From Tubiluchus corallicola (Eukaryota > Animalia > Priapulida): a stretch of DNA of 64,000 bases. The notes beneath the pieces are model-generated. The model saw only the letters and a list, made by a program, of their open reading frames with translations, was not told the origin of the DNA and did no database searches. This document shows positions 50,634 through 60,349 of the stretch, piece by piece. The stretch lies in NCBI GenBank assembly GCA_030141605.1, contig JAQGDQ010000149.1, positions 431,619 through 495,618 of the forward strand, in the 5' to 3' direction. A program made the position numbers and the translations under genes. Position 1 is the first letter of the stretch. Every line of letters starts with the position of its first letter.

Positions 50634-53600
50634 TCACTTTCTAAGCCAGCGTCTCCAAACGCTGAGCCAGCCCTCAGGTTTCTTAGCCTGGGCTTTTATT
50701 TGAGACATTGTTATAATTCGTTCTATCTGGGGAGGTCCATTATCCTCATCTTCCGACTCTTCAGCACTGCTCTTTTTAGAGACTTCGCTGAAAGCCGCTT
50801 CGCTCTCAGTGCATCTTGATTTCGCACTAATTTCGGAGAGCTCACTAGTACTATTACTTCTAGGTCGCTTTGTGGCGCTAGAGTGTACTTCATCAGGTCT
50901 TAATAGTGGCGGTGGTGTTCCACTAGAAATCTCTGACTCTTCGTCTTCCGGCTCACCTGGGCGGGGCGTCTCTTCCTCTTCAGACTGCCCTTCACCGAGG
51001 TCATCTAACCTAAGTTCCGGAAGGCTATCTCCATTCTCCCTATCTGGCTGTAAGAACGGAGCATCAAAGGGATCCCATGCCAAACTTTCGGCGGGTTCGA
51101 TAGGCTTTTCACTACCCTCTTGCCCTTGACTTACTGTTGCCCCTGGCAAAGAGGTGAGTACAGGAGCTGACCCCTCCTGACCCCTCTTACTAAAATCTTT
51201 TCCTTCTTGGGAGATTTCGGGTTCCGACACGCGGGCAGCTCTACGCAGAGGTCTGCCTGCTTTATTAAATTTTCGAGCTCCTGGTTTAGTAGACCAGGCA
51301 GCTGTGGGAGGGACTAGGCGCAAGTGGGTCACATGACACGTTCTTACTCGACCCGTGTCCATGTTTTTGATTTTATACCTATGTTTACCCAACCTTGTTA
51401 ATACAACATAGTTGCTTTCCCAATACTGGTGTAACTTCCTTGAAGCTTTTGGCTTCGTGGCTTGGTTATAATAAAATACCACATCACCAGCTCTAAAATG
51501 TCTCGTATGAGCCTTTCTGTCATATAATTCTTTACACTTTGCCCTAGCTACTTCGGTTCTTTTCTTTGCTACTACAAATGCCTGATGCATTGTTTGCAAA
51601 TAATTCTCAAAGTAATCTTCTCCCACGTATTTCTCTGGTTCTGCCAAATGATCTTCTATCACCCCTCGCGGCGCACGCGCAAATAACAAATAGTACGGCG
51701 AGTACCCCGACGTACTATGTATTGAGGTACGATAGGCGGCTAAGGCCCTTGGGATATGTTTGTCCCAACGTACGGGATCCTTGTCCGTTAGCTGCCTTAA
51801 TAAACTCATCAACGTTCCATGTTGACGTTCCTCAATTGCATTGCCTGGGGGGTTGTTTGGAGTTATCGTAATATGTCGTATCCCATAGTGCTCAGTCAGT
51901 CTCTTAGTCATATCGTTTACATACGATTTATCATTGTCAGTTAACAACTTAATTGGGGCACCGTACCTACAGATAATTTCATTAACAAATGCTTCCGTCA
52001 CCGTTTCGGCTTTCTTATCAGGTATGCCAACGGCATCTACCCATTTAGTAGCCAAGTCAGTAAACGAAATTATATATTTGTTTCCATTCTCTGTTGTAGG
52101 TAGTGGACCTACGATGTCGGTTGCCACGGTTTGATAGGGCACTATCGGGATTGGTGCCTCTTGCATAGGGAACTTTACCACATTCCTACTCTTTTTATTA
52201 CATGTGGGGCAATTCTCTATAAATTTCTTACAGTCTTGCCGGATGGTGGACCACCAAAATTTTATAAGAATCTTGTTGACCGTTTTGGCCAATGCAAAAT
52301 GTCCTCCGGCATAAGAACTATGTATTTCCCGAATAATTTCTTCTACTAGCACTGTAGGGACGACTATCAAATAATAACTCCCTTCATTCTCCCCGTATCT
52401 CTTATTAATACGACATAATAATCCGTCATCATTAATGGCATAGTCCTCCATTAACCTGTATGCCTCCTGTGATTGTTTGGGGCTAGTGATGACGTGAATT
52501 AAGTAGGAGAGAGTTGCATCTTGACTTTGCAACAAGGCAAATCGCCTCTTATCAATTAACGCTTCCTTTACCTTACTATCGGTCGTTAACTCAGTGACCT
52601 CTGATCGGGTCACTTCCGGACCTGGCTGTCGGCCAGTCTCTGTACCTTCATTAACCTTATTACGTTTTAGCAATGCTTCTTTGCGCAAGTGCACTTTCTT
52701 CTTTGGGAATAATATCCCAGAAGAATTGGCAGACTGAACCCAATCTTCATCTTTATTCTCTAATGAAATAGGTCGACCATCCGCAGTAAGGGTCTCAGCA
52801 GGGGCCCCTGGGCGTGCTGGATCTTTAAATGTACTGCTTCCTGATGGCGAGCTATCATCTCCTATAGCGGCTAATTTATGAGCATTATTTTCATTCTCTA
52901 GGCGGTGCAACCTAGCATCTAAGTCTCTCTTAGTAAATAACGGTCTCGCTTGCGGCTCCATTAATTTCATTGGTAGTCGGCTATAATGATCCGCGGGATT
53001 CTTATTCCCGGGACAATACTCAATCTTCGCATTTTGCTACGATAGTAACAAGGCCCATCTCTCTAATTTTGGATTCTTTAATTGTTTGCTCTCATGCAAA
53101 TACTGCAGACTCTTATGGTCTGTGCGTATAACGTAACGGCTACCATACAGATAATGGTGTAATTTCCGTATGCCATAAATTATCGCGTACAATTCACGCT
53201 CCGATGCAGTCCAACGCTGCTGGGTAGGTGTTAATTGATGAGAGAAAAACTCTACCGGTCTTTCTTCTTCATCAATCTCTTGAGTTAATACACCTCCCAC
53301 ACTATATAAGCTTGCATCTGTATACAAAATATAGGGCCTTTCTGTGTCTGGGTGCGTTAACATAACGGGGTTCAATAGCGCCGCTTTCAATTCTTTAAAA
53401 GCTTTTTCTTGGGCGTTCCCCCATACAAACTTAACATTTTTTCTGGTTAATTCTGTTAAAGGCCGAGCTATTTCTGCAAATCTCGGTATGTTAGCTCGGT
53501 AGTAATTGCAACTACCTATAAAACTTCGCACCCCTCTCACATTTACTGGGCGGTCCATTGTTTGTACTGCTCTTGCACGTTCGGGGTCGGGCCTTAATCC

Positions 53601-55697
53601 ATCTTTGCTAATTATATAGCCCAAAAATTGCACTTCTGACTTAAAAAATTGACATTTTGATGGCTTCAGGCGCAAATTCGCCTCCTTTAAACGTCTGAAC
53701 ACTTCTTGCAAGTGTTTTAAATGTTCCTCCGTGGATTTTGAGTGTACGAGAATGTCATCCAGGTAGGCTATACTGAATTTATCAGTTATCCCATCCAATA
53801 ACTTATTTATGACCCGCCAAAACACTGATGGGCTAGTTAAAAGACCCATGGGGCTACGAGTAAACATATATGCCCCACTTTGGGTCACAAAGGCAGTTTT
53901 AGGCTGGTCATCTCGGTGAACAGGTATTTGTAAAAACCCTTGTCTTAAATCTAGACAACTAAAATATTTGGCTCCCTGCAATTTGTCGGTAAAATTGGAC
54001 AAGGTTCGACTAGGAAAGGCGTCGAACTTTACACACTTATTGATTTTCCTATAATCTATCACTAACCTATAACTTTTCCCATCAGCCTTTTTAACTAATA
54101 AACAAGGTGACGCCCACGGGCTATTAGCTGGTACTATGATTTTTGCTGCCAATAATTCACGAATAATCTTATCTAATTCTTTTTCTAAATTATTGGGTAT
54201 TCGATACGGTTTTGATCGAATAGGTTCCGCATCACCAGTATCAATTCTCATTTCAGCTAATTTAGTCTGCCCTAGTTCTAGGTCAGTGCTAGCAAACACT
54301 CCTTTCCATTTATTTAATAATTTTTCTAGCTTTGATCGCCAAATGGGAGCCAAATGATCCAAGTTAAACTCAGCATCTACCCGTTCTCCCGAAATTCCAT
54401 CGTGATACCGCCATTGTTTGTAACCACCCCTTATATTCGCCGTAAACTCACTTGGCGAAGGGCTCTCCAAATCTTGGAGTTCCACAAACATTCCGCCCCT
54501 ATTATCATATTGAACCTTGAGTCCGCCCTCCTGCGGACAATTACCTGCTGCCCTACTACGTGTTTTATCATTAGGCATCTTGCCTCTAGCCATTGCATTT
54601 ATTGCTAATCGTCGGTCATTAAAGACCCGGGGAACCTGCTTCATTCCCTTGTTTCGCATGGGCGCGCAGTGAAGGCCATCATCTTGATACCTTCGTCCAT
54701 TAATAACACCTTTTATTTTTTTCGAGCCGCTATTAGTATTCCATTTATTCGCTAGCGCTATTGCCAATACATTCGATATGCTAGTTTCTTGCGCGGTGCC
54801 AATCACACAATTCTTTCTAATCCTTAAGGGTCTATTTGAATTATTACGTATAAGCAATGAACTCCTACGTCCTTCGTCTACTTCTATTAAACCAGTTTCA
54901 AACCCAACATCTGGGCGATTTTTAAAAGCAGGCGCATGCTCAGCCATTTCGACACACAAAAGTTGTCCTGGTGGCCTATCTCGCTTAATTCGGGTACGCA
55001 ATACGATCTCACAGTTCTTAGGAATCAAGGCGTTTTCATCAGCAAGGAGAATATCAAGTTCTTCCTCGCTGACTTGATCTAAGGCAAGAAGGTGAGCCTT
55101 CTTACCTATAACCATTAGTTTCCTGCCACAGTCTAATGAGGCATTCATAGACTGAAGCGCATCAATGCCCAAAATAGCCTTTTGCTTCATCTGAAGAATT
55201 TGGTATTTAATCTTAAACGTGCTGTCGCTAAATTTGGTCTCAATATTTTTCGAGCCTATTACCGGTATGGCTGTGCCTGAGGCACCTTTCAATGTCACAC
55301 CGCTCGCATTACAAGGCCCCATTCCCAACTGCTTGTATTGTGCTAATGACACACATGAGGTCGTCGCACCCGTATCAATTAACATGCGCACAGGCCTACC
55401 GTTTAATTCTACTAGGCAGGTTGGCTGGGTGACCAGTGGCTCCTGCCGGCCTGTTAAGCTATCAGGTGGGTATGCACTTACCGCGTCCCAACTTCCTCTA
55501 TTTATATTCGTTACCCTTAAGTTATGTTGGCACTTATTACGCGCATCACGCCATTTTTTATTTACAGTCTTACTAATACAACTTCTACATATATTAGTTT
55601 TACTCATAATTCTATTATTTACAATTCCGCTTGTCTCCGTTACAAAAGGTGGGCTCCCAATGCGGGAGATGACCCACTGGGAGCCTAATAGTTTTCC
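50634..55697 (-). pseudogene. pol: Pol (protease-RT-RNase H-integrase) with one in-frame TAG at 53037-53039
   Basis: Protease LIDTGATTS. RT SPWASPCLLVKK, YRLVIDYRKIN, LDLRQGFLQI, YLDDILV. RNase H LYTDAS..ELYAI..TDHKSL. After the TAG the frame continues QNAKIEYCPGNKNPADHYSRLP into integrase (HSSYAGGH..CPTC, DIVGPLP, LTDND, GNAIEER). Confidence 0.93.
55652..55697 (-). promoter_or_regulatory. -1 programmed ribosomal frameshift signal at the gag/pol junction
   Basis: Slippery-like G GAA AAC (55697-55691), a 5-nt spacer, then the stem GGCTCCCAGTG...CATTGGGAGCC (11 bp with one G-U). Pol is in the -1 frame relative to gag. Confidence 0.8.
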
Positions 55698-56938
55698 TGC
55701 TGCTTTCTTGGGCCTACCACCCTTCCTCTTACAGCAGGGCCAGTGTAATGGCACTCCCGGGCGAAATGCCCAGGCCGTTGACATTTAAAACACAAGTCTG
55801 CTTGTGTGGGCCTCCTGGGTTTCTGGGACCACCACCTTCCCATACCTTGTCGGCCTATTCCGGCTATCTGCGGCCGTTGCCGAGGTGCCGGCCTGTCTCT
55901 GGGAGGTTTTCTTCCCACCGGATACTGTTTACCCTGGCGGTTCTCAGGAACCATTTCCCTATTCTCAGGGGGACCTTGTTTAGGTTCTTCAGTTATTCGG
56001 GGAAGTAGTAGTTGGCACGCTGGGCCTTCGCTCTCTGATTCAGAGCCTACATAGCCAACTTCCATGGGCGTCTCCACTCGCAGGTGGTGTGCCACATGTC
56101 GACTTTTTAATCTCATAATCTCATGATTATTCTCATCCTCCCTACACCTTGCATATGCCACCTCTAAAGTCAGGGTGTTATGCTTAATTAATTTGGCCCT
56201 TAATTGGTCATTCCGTAATGACTCAATCAGTACATCAGTTAAAAATTGCTGGGCCAATGATTGATCGATTTCTGATGGCCGATATGCCAATCTTGCATGA
56301 TACCAGATACGGTCTACTAACTGCCGTAGGGACTCATTTTTCTTTTGCCTCAAATTCTTTAGTTCTATCATGTGCTTTGTCAATTCTGCACGGTTTACAT
56401 ACCGCTGTTCTAAGAATGTTACAAATTGATTCCAGTTCATGGTAAACCAAACCTCACGGTTAGCGTCCAAATAATGGGCGCAAGCACCGTCTACGGTCAT
56501 GTAAGCCAATCTCACACACACTCCACCAGCATTCTGGGAATCAGGCAAAATACAGAACCCCCTCCGAGTAATGCTTTGGACCCACGTGCGAAACCTTTCG
56601 CTACAATCTATTTCTTGACCCGTGAATTTAGGCAACTCTGCCAAGGCGCTACATAAAGCCCACTGGTCAGTAATGGTCCCTATTTGAGATGAGAGATAGC
56701 TAGCTCTATCTACTAAAGTGGGTACAGCCCCACTTGTTTGAGCAGCTGTTTGCTCATCTGATTTACTCTCATCTTTAGCGCTTTCCGCGCTCTGTTCACT
56801 ATCCCGTATCCTTCGCAGGACCACTGCATGTAAGGCCTGTACCTCCGGACTCTGCCCGCCTAACCAACCGATCGGGAGACTTCCGGTTCTAATCCAGCTC
56901 TCAAGTTGAGCTTCTGTTATTTCTTGAGGGTCAGACAT
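55685..56938 (-). CDS. gag: Gag of the env-bearing element
   Basis: LPKFTG, WNQFVTFLEQRY and LKNLRQKKNESLRQLVDRI (capsid major-homology-like), PMEVG, and zinc knuckle CFKCQRPGHFAREC. First ATG at 56938. Confidence 0.92.
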   Translation of the reverse strand: MSDPQEITEAQLESWIRTGSLPIGWLGGQSPEVQALHAVVLRRIRDSEQSAESAKDESKSDEQTAAQTSGAVPTLVDRASYLSSQIGTITDQWALCSALAELPKFTGQEIDCSERFRTWVQSITRRGFCILPDSQNAGGVCVRLAYMTVDGACAHYLDANREVWFTMNWNQFVTFLEQRYVNRAELTKHMIELKNLRQKKNESLRQLVDRIWYHARLAYRPSEIDQSLAQQFLTDVLIESLRNDQLRAKLIKHNTLTLEVAYARCREDENNHEIMRLKSRHVAHHLRVETPMEVGYVGSESESEGPACQLLLPRITEEPKQGPPENREMVPENRQGKQYPVGRKPPRDRPAPRQRPQIAGIGRQGMGRWWSQKPRRPTQADLCFKCQRPGHFARECHYTGPAVRGRVVGPRKQQENY

Positions 56939-57283
56939 AATTTTTCGCAACTAGGCGCAATCAACAAAATTATCTTCAATACAATAACAAGGCTGTTAAC
57001 ACCTTCAGGCAATACAAAACCACTCACCAATTAATGTGGGGATTTCTACTTCATTCTGGTGCAGCCTTCCGATCTGCCCTGGTAGTTACTTTCCAATTTC
57101 TTGAATGTCCTCAAGGCTTGCTTAATCACTTTCACTCTCCGTTGCATCTTGTTTATAGTCGCGTTTCCTGAGAATAACGTACTTATCGTATATAACAAGT
57201 TCACAAAGTTTACAAAATTCAGAACCTTAATTACAAAGTTACAAAAGATTGCAAATACTAAATAGCAAACACTAAATCTGCGA

Positions 57284-57294
57284 TCACGGCACCA
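57284..57294 (-). promoter_or_regulatory. Primer binding site, tRNA-His type
   Basis: TGGTGCCGTGA lies 2 nt inside the 5' LTR and matches the complement of the tRNA-His 3' end as I recall it. Confidence 0.75.
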
Positions 57295-57296
57295 GT

Positions 57297-58583
57297 TATC
57301 ACCTTCTTATTTTAAATACCTAATGTTTCCGTTAATCTTGATCGTATAGTGTAAGGTGACTTAAATCTATATATCGTATAGATTGAATTTAATATGTCCA
57401 CTTAATTTCTAATTGCTATAAGGCGAATTCTTCACCTGGCTCCGAGGGCTTTAGATATTAGTCTAGCAAGCAATGATCGTCTTATCTAAACTTCACCTTG
57501 ACCTTTGCGTTGTGAGAAAAGGTCTATTTCCCTCAAGTTTCCTAGCAACGCTCCCGCAATATGAGCGTTAGTTAATTCAAAGCGAACTAATCAGATTCGT
57601 ATATCGGAAATAGTGTTGCTTGAGTTAAACACTCTAATATCATACATTAACTCAATCGTTAAATGTCAAAGAGAATTACTTTATTGATTTACAATAATTA
57701 CTGCTTCTAGGTAGCTTACAAGATTAGTTCTTATGCGCTTTTGACGCGTACAACTAGTTTATAGCTTCCAAAAGTATCTCTCTGAGCAATTCTTCAATTC
57801 TATCACCTAAGGTGTACTCTACACTTATCCTATAGTACAATGTGAACTTATACGAACTACAGATATGCACAGTTAATTCTCAGTTTACCAATGTGTTAAG
57901 ATTCCTTAACTCTGCGGATTTGACCACAATGTACCCAGTACAATTTGGCCAACTCCAATAGTTGATATGAAACTCTCGTTGTCCAGTGCCTAGATTATCC
58001 TAGGAACGCAGAAAGATGTCTACGCTGAACTTCTCAAGTTGTCCCAATCTCCTCTGTCAAGTAGCCCTCTTGTGTGATTCGTCACACACACACACGTGTC
58101 TCTTCCAGTACGATCGGGTGGAACGAGCGCTGGGTTATTCGAACTCATGGCTTATATCTCATCGAAGTAACCTCGTAATAACCTTGCACGATTTCAACGT
58201 CGCACGCAACATTTAGATTTATTGGACAGCTGGGAGGTCAAAGTCATCGTAACCAGTAAAACTCATCAGTCCTCTTTTCTTCAAGAAACAGTGACCTCGC
58301 AGAGTTTTTGTTAATTACTAGTAACTTGTGCATATAGCTTATAATAAATGGTACATCCGTCTCAACCTAATATTAGCTAATTATCCTGAGCATCCTAGAG
58401 TGTCCTTACGTAAACGATAAATTTTACTTCTTGCATCCTACGCTTTCACAGCTCATTAAATTCGAGCTTAACAGCTGAATGAGTTCCATTGCACCATTTG
58501 TAAATTTATTCATGCGATCAGGGAGGCATGCGATTTCATACCAAAATATCGAAAATCATCGATTTATAAATTTATTCACCACG
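57297..58583 (-). repeat. 5' LTR of the env-bearing element
   Basis: Direct repeat of 45679-46965; begins CG instead of TG on the minus strand. Confidence 0.95.
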
Positions 58584-58689
58584 CAAGTACACTGTACAAA
58601 TAACATTAGATTATGAAATATTACGTTACACTACATTCAGCTTGCAGATTCTTAAGTTTACAAAACGCTTTGTTTTCTGCTATTATCAG

Positions 58690-59643
58690 GCTATGTCCAG
58701 TACTACTTGTTGTCCAAAAGGTGCCAAACACTACAATGGAAAATGTTACACCTTGCACAAAGCCCCGGCTACTTGGTGGCAGGCTGTGATCAAGTGCAGA
58801 ACCAAGGGAGGTGAATTGGTTACCATAGAAACAGCTAAAGAAAATCGGTTTGTAGTCAACTACGTGAAAACCAGTGGCAAGTGTAGAATATTCATTATTA
58901 TAGTATAATCCATTTAAGCTCGTTTTATGTAGGCAAAGTACAATCACAGCACCTGAAAATTCCCCCGTAAGCAATAAATTGTAATATCAGGGAGCACTGT
59001 AAGCAAGATTTAGGTACATCATTAAAATTTGACGGAAACTTGAAATTTACTCATATTACCCAGTGGCTTGTTATAACAGGTCTCGCTATAAATGGATTAC
59101 ACTGCAATATAGTCTCATTATATGACTTGACTTTATGATCATAGATCTTGCTTAATTTGACCTGGCTTTACCAAACTGAAAAAAGATCTAACTTGTATAG
59201 GCAAGTTTTGCCCAGAAACCTGCTACTAAAAGCAACAGCTGATTGTGTAAGGTTTAACAACAGGTCTCTAAGCAGTTTTTGTGACGTCTGTACGAACTAG
59301 ATCTTGTGCAGTTTGTTTGCTTATTTATTTTAACCAATTCTACCCATTTCTGCCTGTCATTCTCAAATGGAACTTTTCACTACATATTAATATTAACTTT
59401 TTTCTCATAGGTTCCTCTTTCACCTGGATTGGCGGAACAGATCAACTTAATGAAGGAAGCTGGGTATGGATTTCTAATGGACATCGACTGTTATTTGATG
59501 CCTGGTGTCAAAACGAGCCTAACAATTTTAGGGGACATGAGCATTGTGCAGAAATCAGAAAGCGCAGGCATTTCAACTATGACTGGAACGATTGGGATTG
59601 TTCTGACCAGCTTGCGTTTCTCTGCGAAGCTGATGCCAACTGA
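58690..59643 (+). CDS. C-type lectin (perlucin-like, single CTLD, EPN/WND type). Exons about 58690-58876 and 59411-59643; first exon not identified.
   Basis: CCPKGAKHYNGKCY...TWWQAVIKCRTKGGELVTIETAKENRFV splices in phase 1 to FTWIGGTDQLNEGSWVW...WCQNEPNN...EHCAEI...WNDWDC....FLCE-ADAN-stop. Confidence 0.88.
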
Positions 59644-59743
59644 GTCTTTGTTCCAGGTTTAATTCACAATACCATGTATCTATATTTTACTAATCTGATA
59701 ACCATGGTGTATTAATCTGTACACAATACACTACATACTGTAT

Positions 59744-59995
59744 AGACAGAGTACATTATCTGTCTGGTATCGAACCGAACCTAACAATTTTAATGGGCGT
59801 GAGCATTGTTTAGAAATCAGAAAGCACTATCATTTCAACTATGACTGGAACGATAATCAGTGTTCACAGAAGATTGCGTTTCTCTGTGAATCTGATGCCA
59901 ACTAAGGCAAAATCTTTATACCGGGTTTAATTCACAATACCGCGTATTAATTAGTTTATTAATCTAATGATCATAGTTTATTAATCTATACACAA
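59744..59995 (+). pseudogene. Diverged partial tandem duplicate of the lectin last exon plus its 3' UTR
   Basis: VWYRTEPNNFNGREHCLEIRKHYHFNYDWNDNQCSQKIAFLCESDAN-stop(59903-59905), followed by a UTR paralogous to 59644-59730. It lacks the WIGG half of the exon. Confidence 0.8.
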
Positions 59996-60349
59996 ATACA
60001 CAGGTTGAAAGGCTCAAACATGACAGTGTTCAAATTTCAGAATCCCAAAATTCAACTTTCTGAAATAAATTTGTCCACAAATTTAAAATAACTTTAGTTT
60101 GGACTTAAAATACTTTATTTGCACAATTCCGAATTCTACGAGTAATTTAGTAAAACATTAACACCTCCGAGACTTGCTTTGCATTTCTGCATTAGTATTT
60201 GTTGTTAAGCTTTTGCAGAAGGATTTTTAATCAAAAATTCAACCTTAACACTAAAAATTGCATTGTGCACTGTCAGGCCTCAAAGCACTTCGTCTAACTT
60301 CACAAGCAATGAAATGGAAAATTTAAACCTGAGAGATCGGGACTTCCAA

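Larger units (their letters stand above)
45679..58583 (-). mobile_element. Full-length envelope-bearing Ty3/gypsy element (errantivirus-like endogenous retrovirus), 12.9 kb
   Basis: 1287-bp LTRs (45679-46965 and 57297-58583, about 17 mismatches by eye) and a 4-bp TSD CAAG (45675-45678, 58584-58587). PBS TGGTGCCGTGA, PPT AGGGGAGGAAAG, and gag, pol and env ORFs in order. Confidence 0.96.

Noticed and set aside
55219-55788. 189-aa and other plus-strand ORFs over gag/pol/env
   Set aside because: Antisense shadows of long coding frames, mostly with non-ATG starts.
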